Shown: positions 1 through 12,917 of the stretch, piece after piece
How positions within the stretch are numbered: the first letter of the stretch is position 1
How the letters are laid out: the number at the start of each line of letters is the position of its first letter
Source of the DNA: Vermamoeba vermiformis
Lineage: Eukaryota
NCBI GenBank assembly: GCA_045837725.1
Contig: JBEWZL010000006.1
Location: forward strand, 248,001-312,000
Length of the DNA: 64,000 nucleotides
Reading direction: 5' to 3'
The notes under the pieces: model-generated
The model's input: only the letters and a program-made list of their open reading frames with translations
Database searches by the model: none
Told to the model about the DNA's origin: nothing
Position numbers and translations under genes: made by a program

Positions 1-1
1 T

Positions 2-922
2 TACTTCCGTTCAGGCCTCGACATTGCCTTCGAATTCATACCACAATTGATCTTCATGCTCTCTATCTTTGGCTACCTCTGCTTCCTTATCTTGTTCAAA
101 TGGTTCTTGCCGTACATGCACTACGACATTATTAGCGCCGGCGAGCCTGTGGACCATACTTGTGCTCCTGATTTGGGCAAACTTGGTTGCTCGCCTGCTG
201 GCACTCAATGCGCTCCTGCCTTGCTGAACGTGTTGATTTACATGTTCTTGGCCCCAACGGACGAATGTGCCTCGAAGAACTTGTTCCCGGCCCAAAAAAC
301 CGTTCAACTTGTGCTGATCGTGCTCGCTTTGGTCTCCATTCCTGTCATGTTGCTTGTGAAGCCATTGGTCCTGCGCTACAGACACAACAAGAGCAAAGCT
401 GCCTATGAAATAGTGCGCGATGACGATCTGATTATCAACAAGCAAAATGACCACGATGACTTGCACTCTGCAAGCGAGTCCAAAGATGAAAAATCATCGC
501 AGGGTACCGGCACCGGCGGTCACGGCCACGGTCACGATGACGAAGAATTTGAATTCGGTGAAGTGATGATTCATCAACTGATCGAAACAATTGAATTCGT
601 ACTGTCATCGGTGTCCAACACTGCCTCGTACTTGCGTCTTTGGGCGCTGTCCCTGGCTCATTCCGAACTGTCCACAGTGTTCTGGGACATGCTGCTCGTC
701 AAGACCATCAAGTCGCAGTGGTACTATGCCTTATTTGGCATCGCTGTGTGGATCGGCGTGACTGTCATCGTGCTCATGTGCATGGAGTCGTTGTCCGCGT
801 TCTTGCACGCATTGCGATTGCATTGGGTCGAGTACATGAACAAGTTCTACAAAGGCGATGGCAAGAAGTTTGTGCCGTTCTCTTACAACGCCATTTTGTC
901 TGGTGAAGCGAACGACCAATAA
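2..922 (+). CDS. V-type H+-ATPase V0 subunit a (Vph1/ATP6V0A family), C-terminal part; 5' end lies outside the window
   Basis: Frame open from base 2 (YFRSGLDIAFEFIPQLIFM). Hallmark motifs EVMIHQLIETIEFVL, SNTASYLRLWALSLAHSELS and MESLSAFLHALRLHWVE; stop TAA at 920-922. Confidence 0.97.
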   Translation, partial: YFRSGLDIAFEFIPQLIFMLSIFGYLCFLILFKWFLPYMHYDIISAGEPVDHTCAPDLGKLGCSPAGTQCAPALLNVLIYMFLAPTDECASKNLFPAQKTVQLVLIVLALVSIPVMLLVKPLVLRYRHNKSKAAYEIVRDDDLIINKQNDHDDLHSASESKDEKSSQGTGTGGHGHGHDDEEFEFGEVMIHQLIETIEFVLSSVSNTASYLRLWALSLAHSELSTVFWDMLLVKTIKSQWYYALFGIAVWIGVTVIVLMCMESLSAFLHALRLHWVEYMNKFYKGDGKKFVPFSYNAILSGEANDQ

Positions 923-1050
923 TACCCTGTAGCACCAATAAGGAAATTCTAATCCTCACCAAAACATTTTCGACATAAAATTTCAGTTTCGGACAATTTA
1001 ATCGAATTTGAATTTTGTGAAAAATGATTTAATTACGTATAGTTTATGAA

Positions 1051-2790
1051 CTAATAATAGATGGCTTCAATTTCATACAACTTGGGCAATTTTTCGAATA
1101 TTTTTTGTTGATCCAATCGAAATTCTTTCTCTGAATCCATCGTCACTGCCAAATACTGCAAAGATGTCAAAAGTGTCAAGTTTTCTAATGGCTTGGAATC
1201 ACGCACATCTAAATCCAACCACGTCAATTTGTTCAAATTAGTCCACGTTTCCATATTTGCATTGGCGTTGATGTGCAGCGTCAAATTTTCCAAGTTTGTT
1301 AATTGACCAATCGCATTGCACATTTGGGGAGAGGCATCAAGCAATGATAATAGTGTCAAGTGTTGAAAATTTGTGAGTGCATTGACCATATTTGGAGTAT
1401 CTGGTATTTGAGACAATTGTTCCAAATTTGTCAATAGAACGAGATCTGAAAACGCCACCGGTCCTGGTTTTGCTGAAATCGATTTTAAGGAGGTCATTTT
1501 GGATGCGTCTTCGAAAGTCACGTTGCCTCTCAATGCTGCAATCTCGGTTAATCTCGCCAAAGCAGTTGAAATATTCACTGAAACGTTGTTGCCCGCCTGG
1601 AAAAATTTTACTTCGAGATCCACCAAATTTGTCAATGAATTGATAGCTGCAGCTAATTGTGTTGCATCAAATTTGCCTTCGATATGTAATCTGAGGTATT
1701 CAAGCTTTGTAAATCTCGCTAGTTCGTTGAAATAATTGGATCCAGTTTCTTCATCGATAATTGTCAATGAATTAATGATCAGCTCTTGCAGCCCATTTGA
1801 TTTGATATAAGAGAACAGCTCTTTTCTTTCCGCTTCAGGCCATGATTCGTTGAAATTGATTCGCAGAAATCCCAAATTAGTTAACTTTGACATGTGACGC
1901 GGTGGCACATCCGTAACTGACAAAGAGGTCAGATGAGCTGGATATTCGTCAATATCATGGGCTGTGATGCCAAGTGATTCTAAATTTGTCAATTTTCCGA
2001 CAGAGAATAGCTGTTCTGAGTGCATTTCATCGTAAATAAGGTCTTTTAAGCCATTAACGTACGGATTCAGATCTTCAGGCGTAAATTTGAACTTTTCGCC
2101 AATTGCTATTAATTTCGTCAATATCGATGGGTTGGGTAGGAGTGTGAATGGATTATATTCTTCTTCTTGAAAGGTAAGATCTAGGCTTTGTATTTTTGAT
2201 AAATTTTTCAGGACGTCCAAATCCGCTGCTTTTGTCGGCTTTAATTCTTCTAGCAATGTTAATCCTTTTAAATAGCCATATAAATCGATAGGTACGCTAT
2301 CAGTATTCTGAAGGATTTTCAAGTACTGAAGATCGGTCAAAACTGCCAACGCCATCCAATCCTGAATCGGTGCTGTATCTCTAATGTGCTCGATTTCAAG
2401 GCCAGTTAAATTGCTTAAGTTTGTGATGTGATTTGATACGTCGGAAATTGATCTGAATTTGTTCTTCAAGAAAGACAAGTAGATTGGTTTCGCGCATCTC
2501 GAGAAAGTCTTCACTACTTCTTCAACTTGGTCTGCAGCTACCAAAAAAGTCACAAAGTCTCGCTCGTCGATGAGATTGAACCATTTCTTGTTAATTACTC
2601 GTGCAACTAACTTGGTGTCCGCGTCAAAGAAAGTTATCATCAACTGGAACAGATCGGTTGGCAAATCACCGAATTCCTGTTATTTAATATTAACAAATAA
2701 TTATATGAGTGAATATAAAGGAGAATAAGAACGGCATAATATTATCTAATTAGATTTTCTGAATTATTTTTGTAAGTGAGTCCTTACCAT
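1051..2790 (-). CDS. F-box + leucine-rich repeat protein
   Basis: ATG at 2790 is followed directly by a GTAAGG intron (about 2787-2677), giving MEFGDLPTDLFQLMITFFDADTKLVARVINKKWFNLI (F-box-like). Many LTNLxxLxL repeats follow in the 537 aa ORF. Confidence 0.85.
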
Positions 2791-3407
2791 TTTAAGCTGC
2801 TCTTCTTCAGATTATAATTATAATCTCAATAAACTACAACTTTTTGTCAATTCGTCGTTGGTTTTCAGATTCTGCGATCTGAGAAGGAAATACGTCACCC
2901 AGGTCGACTGTTAGGTGAACCTAGTTATCTTGTTGTTTTAACACTGACTGTAGAGTTTGTAAAACATCGAAATCGCTCCGCCATTTATGACCATGTTTAT
3001 GACACAAGTCTTCTGCCACAAATCGCTTGTGCACGAAAAATCTGGTACCTTGTACACAAGCTTTTGACGATCAAGACCTTCCTCCCCTCACCCGCAACGA
3101 CAAAAACACCTACAAGAAGCAGTCTCTTAATTTTAGAATTAATTTAGACAATTACCTTGAACAACACGTTCCTTTTATTGAAGAAGTCCAAGTTTTGATC
3201 AACAGTGGCAGATCAGATGCCACCGAACCAAAAGAAGGCACAGAATTCCGTTTTGAAAGCAAAAAGTTGGGTGCGACTTGTAAGTCAGCTTCTTCTATTT
3301 TAAGGAATAGTGAGAAAGACACGTGGTTCAAAAAAGTTCATGACGAACAAATTAATCGCGGCTTCGCAGTTGCTTTTGAAATTGAACGTAGTTTTATTAC
3401 TGCTTTA

Positions 3408-5748
3408 TTACCAATCATTTACGTCTAGCGGATAATTGCCCGAGAAACACGCCGAGCAATGCGTGCTCTTATGTTCTTGTTGGTCTTCGATAATTTTCAA
3501 CATTCCTTCGTGTGAAAGGTACATCAGCGAGTCAGCTTCGATAAATTTACATGTTTCTTCCACTGTTTTGCTATGAGCAATAAGTTCCTATATAAATAAG
3601 CACCGTTAGCAATTTAGTTTGCAAGATCGAGATCGGATGTAGCATGAAAAACGCTTTGTGTATGTTTGATTAGTAAATGATATTATACTTACGTCATAAC
3701 TCTTCATATCAATACCCATAAAGCAAGGATGAGCAACTGGCGGAGAGCTTCAGAAAAGTTAATAAACGGATCCGAAATAAAATTTGGATCTGTACCTAAT
3801 TCTGACGTGAATAGACTTAGGCTTGCCTTGTTCTCTAATCATAGCGATTAAACTCTTCAAAGTAGTACCGCGCACGAGCGAGTCGTCAATCAGAACGATG
3901 TTTTTGCCTTCAAGATTCTCGCGCAAAGCATTGTACTTTAATTTTACTCCCTTTTGTCGCAAACTGCTGTCAGGCTACAAAATAATAAATTAAATTAGCA
4001 CCATTTTTTCCTAATTAGGCAAGCGGATCTAATTTTTTTGCCTTACCTCGATAAAAGTTCGTCCAATGTATCTGTTCTTAGTCAAACCTTCAGTGAACGG
4101 CAATTTTGCCTCAATTGCATAACCAATAGCAGCAGGCGTGGATGAGTCAGGCACACCAATGACGAGATCCGCATCTGGTGCCGGCGCATCCTTCGCTAAT
4201 TGTTGACCCAACTTTTGTCGTACTTTGTGAACGAGCTGGTTCTCCATGACTGAATCAGGGCGTGCAAAATAGACGTACTCGAATACGCAGAATGCTTGAA
4301 TTGAAGGCGAGGATTGTCGGCCCTACAAATAAAATTGGATTCGGAGGTCAGATCCGGATCTTCCTAAGCAATATTATTCTAGCTTCACTGATCATACCTC
4401 ATATGAAGTAATACCATTCTTATCGATGCAAATAATTTCTCCGGGATTAACATCGCGCATATGTTGAGCTCCAATTGTGGTAAGTGCGCACGACTCGGAT
4501 GCGAGTGCGTAACCAACCTAAGCATGATATTAGTCCTAGTACTATTTGTATAGTACATATATAATGATATCCATCATATAGTAAAGAGAAAGAAGGTTTT
4601 GTTGAAAAAAATTTGTTACCTTGTCAGTACCGGGGATCGGGATCTTGCCAATGCAAAGAGGTCGCAAGCCATGCTCGTCTCTAAATCCGTATATTTGATT
4701 TCTATTCATCATCACCATCGCATAAGCACCGTCGGATTGTGACATGAACGACTTGATTCTGTTCACCCAATCAGGGCCGTCTTTTTCTTCAAATCCCTCA
4801 GGAGGCGAGCACATCATCTACAACCCATATTAATATATATAATACGTATTATATTACTAAATTTGGAATATTTTGTACCTGCACAATGACTTCGCTGTCA
4901 GTTGAAGTGAACATGCCTGTGCCTCGTTCTAGAAGCTTTCGACGCAATTTGTTCTTCTTGGTAAGCTAGACAATATTAAACATAAGTAAATAATATAGTA
5001 ATAGTAATAGTAATAATATATTATTAATAAAATGCTTCATTATAAATAAATAGTTTCCGATCTGAGCTGAAAACAATGTGATCCGTACTTGTCCGTTATG
5101 GGCTGTAGCAATGGGACCATGCGCGGATTCGAGCGAAAATGGCTGAGCATTGACGAGCGTTGAACTGCCAGCGGTAGAATAACGTGTGTGACCAATAGCG
5201 AGGTGTCCCTTTAGTTGCGCGATCGCATCTTCTGTAAAAGCCTGGAAATGGTCAATTAGTTAATATATTACGTACTATTATTTGCATTAATATAAGTAGT
5301 CATAATAATCACACGGTTTGATGATCTTGAAACGTCAAAAAAATTTGGATTCGATCTGGATCTAGATCAAGTAACTTATTGTCCAATGTAATTTACCCGC
5401 CTTCTTTGTTAAAGATATATCCTAATTAATTAGCTTACTTGCATCACCAGACCCATGGCTTTATGAGAATAATGAGAATAACCAGTGGATGAGACAATGC
5501 CACAGCTCTCTTGGCCACGATGTTGCAACGCGTGCAATGCAAAATATGTTATACGTGCGGCATCGCTAACTTCGGGCAAATAAACGCTTATTTACAACGG
5601 ATTAGCAAAAATTAATAAACGATCGAGTTATGCTTAAAAGGTAAATTTATAAATATACGTGATTGCTTCGAGAAATATTTTTATTTGTATATTCATAGTT
5701 AGCTTACCCAAAAACACCGCATTCTTCGTGAGGCTTATCGAGATCCAT
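3408..5748 (-). CDS. purF: Amidophosphoribosyltransferase (glutamine PRPP amidotransferase), multi-exon
   Basis: Propeptide MDLDKPHEE then CGVFG (Ntn Cys1); [34 protein letters not shown] motif [12 protein letters not shown]; Fe-S cysteines in [20 protein letters not shown] and [10 protein letters not shown]; stop at 3410-3408. Confidence 0.97.
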
Positions 5749-6140
5749 TGTTGTAACGTGCTTGATCTGGGTTATATTATCTATTAGCTTCGAGCCCCGT
5801 TGCAGATATAAATAATTATCGACAAAAATGAAAAGTTTACGGCACCGTTTGGCCGAGAAGACACAAATTATCAATTTTATGATTAACTTTAAGACTTTAC
5901 CGGCTAGTTTATTGAGAAGCACGTTATCGATACGTTTACAGTATTCAGGTTGAGAAAAAGGATGCTGCCGCCCAACTGTTTATTCAGCAGTCGTGTTGAT
6001 GACTTTGAGACCCGGATCCCGCGTGATAAAACAAAAAATATCGGAATGTCCGGTAAAAAGTCTTGCAATTTTTTTTGTTGCATTTTAGGGACATCATTTC
6101 GATCCACCTAATCATACATCATCACCATAAAGCAAAGCAG
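5749..6140. promoter_or_regulatory. Putative bidirectional promoter between divergent purF and purH
   Basis: Only about 390 bp separate the two divergent ATGs (5748 on -, 6141 on +). Promoter function is inferred from position only. Confidence 0.6.
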
Positions 6141-8253
6141 ATGTCGCACAAACGAGCTCTGATCAGCGTTTACAACAAACAAGGCATATTTGAGTTTGCC
6201 AAGAGCCTTCATGATTTGGGCTTTGAATTAATTTCTACTGGCGGTACTTTCCAAAAGCTTAAAGGTAAGTTAGTGACGATCCGTTTTGTTTTTTGAAAAG
6301 TTTTTGATCCGATCCGACTACGATATTTACGCTTGATAATTTGCCAATATCAGTGATAAATATTCTTTGATTTATTTTTGCATTTGTTTAATCTATTCAT
6401 GTTAAGAGGGCGGACTTCCAGTGCACCAAGTTTCAGATGTGACTTCATTCCCCGAGATCCTCGGCGGACGTGTCAAGACTCTCCATCCCTCGGTATGTAT
6501 GACATAAAACATCGTTTAATTCTCGAGACTTGAATTTTAATGATAAAATTGATCTAGATCCACGGAGGTATTTTGGCTCGCCGCACAGAAGAACACTTGA
6601 AGGAACTAGAAGCTCATAAAATCACTCCCATTGACCTCGTAGTGTGCAATCTTTATCCTTTCGAAGAGGTAATTGTTTATTAGGTGGATGTGATCTGATC
6701 ACGTGTCTCCTTTTCAGACCATCAAGAAACAAGGTGTGACTGAAAAAGAAATCATCGAAGAGATCGATATTGGTGGTGTCACTTTATTGCGCGCTGCTGC
6801 CAAGAACTTTGAATCCGTAGTCGTTGTTTGCGATCCTGCCGATTACACTTCGATCGCTGAAGGTATTCGCTCTAATAACACCTTCTACCGTCAATAATAG
6901 TACACTCATAATTATCTTTACATAGATTTAAAGAATGCCAGCGGAATCAGCGTGGAAAACAGACGCAAGTTCGCACTGAAAGCCTTCAGACACACCGCTT
7001 GCTACGACGCTGCTATTTCCAACTGGTTCACTAAGCAAGTTGAAGGACCCAACACTTTGCCCAGGTAAGACATATCAAAGTGACTGTTCGAATGTCCGTC
7101 TTCTAATTTTTTTGTAGCGAGTTGATCTTGACTGCTGAACGCGCTCAAACCCTCCGCTACGGTGAGAACCCTCATCAACAAGGTGCTTGGTACTACTTCA
7201 AGGGTGTTCAACAACCCTTCTTGCAACTCCAAGGTCAAAAGGAGTTGTCCTACAACAACATTTGGGACATGGAAGCTGCTTGGGCTATTCCGAAGGAATT
7301 CGTAAGTAACAAAATATCATTTTATAGTAATTTATCTAGGGCCTTCGTATAATTACTTTACGGGAACTGTTTTCTAATTCATCTCGTATTTCTAGAAAGA
7401 GCCTTGCTGCGCCATTATCAAGCACTGCACTCCTTGCGGCTTGGCCATTGCCGATACCTTAGTGAATGCCTACAAGTTGGCTTTCGAATCAGACACTGTT
7501 TCTGCGTTCGGATCCATCATTGCTGTCAACAGAGAAGTGGATCAAGCTTTTGTCGACGCCGTTGGTTCTCTCTTCGTTGAAGTATTGGTCGCTCCTTCAT
7601 TCACTCCGGAGGCTTTGCAAACTTTGACGCAAAAGAAAAAGAACTGCCGTATTCTCCAAGCCAACCCCGGTGCCACCGAACCAGGTCTTGTCATTCACTC
7701 AGTTTACGGCGGTTTGCTCGTACAAACTCCTGACTTGGCTGGTACATAGCTCTAAGCGCCTAGTTATCATTATTCTAATTATTTACAGGCGTTGATTTCT
7801 CCAAGTGGAAGGTTGTCACCAAGAAACAACCCACTGAAGAGCAGAAACAGTCATTAGCCTTCGCTTGGCTCGCTACCAAGCACGTCAAATCTAATGCCAT
7901 CGTGTTAGTCCAGGGTACTGCTACCGTTGGTGTTGGTACTGGTCAACCCAACCGTGTGGACTCTGTCTGGTTGGCTGCCAAACGTGCTGGTGAACGCGCC
8001 AAGAACTCCGTATTGGTACGTTTCAGACATTACCGCATTGGTTCTCGGTCACTACTCGAGTAATACTAACGACCTATTATAGGGCTCTGATGCCTTCTTC
8101 CCCTTCCCTGATGGTGTTGAGGCTGCTGCTCAATCTGGCGTCATTGCTGTGATCCAGCCCGGTGGTTCTGTTAAAGACCAAGAAGTTATCGATACCGCTG
8201 ATAAGCATGGATTGATTATGGTATTCACTGGAGAGCGCCACTTCAAGCATTAA
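6141..8253 (+). CDS. purH: Bifunctional AICAR transformylase / IMP cyclohydrolase, multi-exon
   Basis: [91 protein letters not shown]; ends RHFKH* at 8253. Confidence 0.97.
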
Positions 8254-8463
8254 ATAAAGTAGCCTTTGCGAAAATTTTAAAATACGGGTGGTGTACCTTC
8301 CTTGCTTGATACGGGAGTATTTTACTCCCGAAAATTGCTTTCATGTGGAGCGGCAATACGCTAAGGTTGCCATGTGTACCTTCGGTTGAAATGACGAGAT
8401 TGCACGGGAGATTAATTTTTATTATAACCGTTTAATTTTTTTGGTTATTTTGATGTATTTACA

Positions 8464-11400
8464 ATGGAGGAGCACGAGCACAAAGAAGAGGATGGGCCTT
8501 TACCGCCGATAGTAATACCGGTGGTATTGCCGCCTCCACCAAAACCAACATTTAACATCCCGCTTCAAAAGACGGCGCTATTGAACAGATTGAATCAAGA
8601 TGCGCGGGATTTAACAGTACCAAAATCAGCAAGCGCTATTGCATTACGACCGAGAAAGCTTACTGTATCGTCAACGCAGACTACACCTCTAAAACCACGA
8701 CGTAATATTAGAAGAGTAAAATCCGACTCTGAATTGAAGCACTCGTGGGACTACAGCCGCTATATTAATTTTAATTCCAAAAAATACAAAGATTCACCAA
8801 CATCAAACAACAACAGTAATTCGTCAAGTCCGACTGTTCCAAGAGCAAATCCAGAAGAAGTTCCAGATGCAGCTTCCGCTCAATCAAAGCTACCTCCAAA
8901 ACCACAGCATATTTCATTAAATTTAAATTCAGTAACGAGGGGCACGACAGATGAATTTTCACCGGTTGTAATAGCGAGGAGCGGATCTTCTGGTGCTTTA
9001 CCTGACAAAAAGAAAAAGAGCTCGTGGCGCAAATCGTTGAAGAAGGAGAAAGAAAAAGATAAAGATCCTAAGCCGTCGCTACCAAAGGTTGAAGAAAACA
9101 GTAGTAGTGATGGACCTAGTTCACAGCCATCGATGATGAAGGCTTCGAAGTCAGATTTCCTTCGAAGGTAAATTACAAAAATTTAGATAAAAATTTCGAA
9201 TAATATTAACCAAATGGCATTATAGTAAAAAGAAATCAACCTTCCGCAAATCAGAAGTTCCAGCAAATAGGAAAAAACCAGCAACAAATAGGCTAACTGA
9301 GTCGTTGTTATCACCACACTTGGACGTCGAACAAAAAGACTCGCCGAGAAAAAATGCAAATGAAGCAGAGGACCTCGTATATTTAAATTACCACGAAGAA
9401 CGGGTATGTAACTTAATACTTTTGGCTAGAGAATGGACTTGAATTATTCCGTTAATTAATATTTAAAATTTTTACAACATCGATCGAAAGGCTATTATAC
9501 TATGCACGAGGCAGTATTATTTACCGTGGATTATTATTTTTTTAAATTTATTTCATGAATTGGAAACTGACTGAATAATTTGATTAACGTATTTTCTTAG
9601 CTGATGGCCGCAGGATCGATCGATAGTTTACTGAAATTTATGATCGAAACCATTCAAGATACAACTTTTGTCAAAACGTTCTTGCTGACGCATCGCCACT
9701 TCATGACATCAGAGGATCTGCTCAACAAAATGATTGCGACGTATAAATTAGCACGCGACAATCCCGTTAAGGAAAAAGCAAATTTCACGCAGATGAGGTG
9801 CGTACAAAAACATTATTTTTAACATTGGCCGGTTCACTGAAGATTAACCGTGGGATCTGTGATATTTCCCTTTGAACGCACATTCCGGCATTTGGCACAA
9901 GTTTTATCAATATGATTTACCCGAGTGTATATTAACTGCTATATGATAGAGTCGTAAACGTGATCAAGCGCTGGATCCAGTTCAGTTCAGTGGAGTTCGT
10001 GCGCAGTCAATCGTTATTGCCAATTTTGAAAGCGTTCATCGTGGAATTGAACTGCGGCAGTGATTTGGACATCAACTTCTCGGGAATATTATACACGACC
10101 ATCAATGAGATAGCAAAAGACATTTTGGGCAAGCCGGTAAGTACACATCTAGCGCACAGTTAAAATTAGCAGCGCACTCCGCACGAATCTCAAATGTGTT
10201 TCTCGAGCTAAATTTTATGAAAATATTACGTATACGTATACCCTGGAGTAATTGCGAGTATTTTTCTTAGATGACAGACGCTGAGCTGGCAGATGCGCCA
10301 TCGCCCGTGCTGAACCGAAAAATTAAATCAGCCGCCAAGCAAGAAGCAAGGAACCTGGCCTTCCTTGTAAGTTATATACGCGTAGTTTTCGTTTTCCGGA
10401 TTTTTTTTACGATTGCTTAATTAATTTTAAGAGTTTTTACGGTTTCGAACGAAATAAATCGGAAAGGTGTATGATCCACGCACTTTTCGTTGATAGTAAA
10501 TCGAACACCGTTTTTGTGAGCGAAAATAACCATGATTGTGCTTAGGATATCGATCCCAAAGAGCTTGCTCGGCAGATGACGCTGTTTGACTTCACGCAGT
10601 TCAGCAAGATTCGACCGTGGGAGTTGCTTGACAACAACTTTATGAAGAAAGAAACGTCGCCTAATATCGCTTTTATCGCCGACAGATTCTCTCAGGTATG
10701 TTCCTCGGAGAACTACGCGATTGAGCTGCTGTCTAACTAACTAGTTTTCAGATCTCGAGGTGGATCGCATCCGAACTCTTGACGACACCTAACAGCAAGC
10801 AGCGCTCGAAAATTATTAGTCAATTCATAACTCTGGCGCAAGTAAGTTCTTATTCCGAAATACAAAAAAAAGCTCACAAACAAAAACTCACAATTATCTC
10901 GAATGCCGAGATCCAAGCTCAACAATAATTTTTGTGAATCTTTCAGTAATCTAAATTTATCCTAGCGTCTGGTCGAACTCCAAAACTTCCATACTGCGCA
11001 CAATATCATCGCGGCGTTGTCCCAAACAGTGGTCACGAATTTAAAATGGGTAAGAGCGTAATGCCGACAATTTTATAACACCAACGATTTTTTAAAGTAT
11101 TAAAGCGGTGCACATAAGACAGAAAAGACATTAATAGTTGTAAAAATAGGATGTGTCCTCGTCCACAATGTCCAAGTACGCGACACTCGAAGAGTTGTTC
11201 AGCCCTCTTGGAGGCTTCAGACACCTGCGGCCTGTTTATGAAAGCGCAAAACCGCCATTTATTCCGCCATTAAGTACGTGTTTCGAAACTAATTTTAAAC
11301 TTTATTCCGCTGACACTTGCTGACTTGTACTGTGCCAGATCTGTTGCTAAAGGACTTGGCTATGATAGAAGAGGGTAATCCTACCTATTGGAAGCCACCA

Positions 11401-11640
11401 GAGGAGCCAGATCCAAACGTTTCTGTACCAAAGAACTACGACCCTGAGGTCAAAATGATTAACGTGCTCAAGATCCAAATGCTCGGAAAGATCATTTCTA
11501 ATCTGCAGCTGGCGCAGGAATTCAAGTTTGTTATAACGCCTGTGCCCGTCATTCAGGAATATCTCCGATCAGGTCTATTTTGCCTGTCAGATCAGGAGTT
11601 CCAGAACTACAAAAACAGACAGAAGCGAATATCGAGCTGA
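8464..11640 (+). CDS. RasGEF (REM + CDC25 domains) with low-complexity N-terminus, multi-exon
   Basis: REM: AGSIDSLLKFM...FVKTFLLTHRHFMTSEDLL. CDC25: IDPKELARQMTLFDF, ELQNFHTAHNIIAAL, LLLKDLAMIEEGNP. Confidence 0.92.
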
Positions 11641-12030
11641 AAAATCATAAAGGAAAGAATCGGTTTCCTTTTGTCGTATGTACACTAGTCACGTCATAAA
11701 TCCGAGTGTAAATAAAGTTGTAAATTAGCTTAATAAAGTAAAGTCATTTCGAACCGAAGGATCCTGACTCCAAAGCGGAGAAAGCGAGGAAAAAAGAACG
11801 ATATTAGTACCGAATTCCATTAGGAGTATTTCCTCCAGGATTAATTATAATTTGCATCGTGGATACAGAATCCTTGGATTACAAATCTCCCGGGTATCTC
11901 GCGACGCACGTGCGGAGAAAAAAATTCTGCCAACACGATGATAAAAACTGTTACGGAAGATCGGCATTTCATTGATTGATTGGCGAGTGAGTACCACGAC
12001 TCCCCATTTTTTATAATTTTTAGATTCAAG

Positions 12031-12807
12031 ATGGATGCTGATCCGATAGCAGCTTTCATCCACGAAAAGCGACGGATAAAACAAGCTGCTTTATTTAATG
12101 AGCAGGTCGAAGAAACTCTCGGACACAAGCCGCAAGTTTTAAAACGATTCGGCGAGGTTATGAACGATTTTGCCGCGAACAAGTAAGTGTTGTTGGCACT
12201 CAGATGCGTTGATCGACAAACTAAAGAATTTCACCTCAGGATCGATATTCCAACTACTGTCCAGGAAATTCTATATTTATTCCATGGATACCCTCACTTA
12301 TTGCATCATTTTAATCAATTCCTACCGGTGGAAGCGCGGATTCCCGTCGAAGATTACGTCAGACAGATCCCCTTTCACTACGGGCCCTGCACGTGCGATG
12401 CACCAGTTTCCGCACCATATAATCACCCCGTGGCACCTCATTTGCAAGTACCGAATCAAGTCGCTCGCCCGCAAGCCCGCAATCCAGCAAGTCCAATTAG
12501 CAATTTCACCGACGCAGAACAATTTATCCTGACAGTGAAGGTAATCCTAATTATAGCGCTTACATGAAAAATTCGTGCATTTTTCTGACGAAATCTTTTT
12601 CAGAATCGTTACGAAGACCGACCGCAGATCTACAATATGTTCGTGGACATCTTACGCAGCTTTAGAAAGCGAGAATTAGGCGTAGTAGACGTATATCATC
12701 AAACAAAAAGCTTGCTGCGAGATACTCCTGAGCTATTTAATGACTTTTTGCGATTTTTGCCGAGCGAAGAGAGCGCAATGTTAGTAACTAGCACATCTGA
12801 AAGGTGA
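12031..12807 (+). CDS. Small Sin3-like protein consisting of two PAH (paired amphipathic helix) domains
   Basis: PAH1: F..QVEETLGHKPQVLKRFGEVMNDFAANK|IDIPTTVQEILYLFHGYPHLLHHFNQFLP. PAH2: AEQFILTVK|NRYEDRPQIYNMFVDILRSF...LLRDTPELFNDFLRFLP. Stop TGA at 12805-12807. Confidence 0.85.
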
Positions 12808-12917
12808 CGGCAGCGTAAAATTAATTAATTGTATTTATTGATGTAAATAAACCGGCGGAACGCTTGTACATACCAAATCAAGGCATATTAGGTCACGAAA
12901 AGTTTATTTAAAAGTAT

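Noticed and set aside
11-962. Alternative-frame and antisense ORFs over the V-ATPase gene (also over the NHL and glycanase genes)
   Set aside because: Shadow ORFs caused by codon bias in GC-richer coding exons; no motifs.
8312-8330. Perfect inverted repeat CGGGAGTA-TTT-TACTCCCG between purH and RasGEF
   Set aside because: An 8 bp stem could be a factor-binding site, but it is a single short instance and not a terminator in a eukaryotic context.
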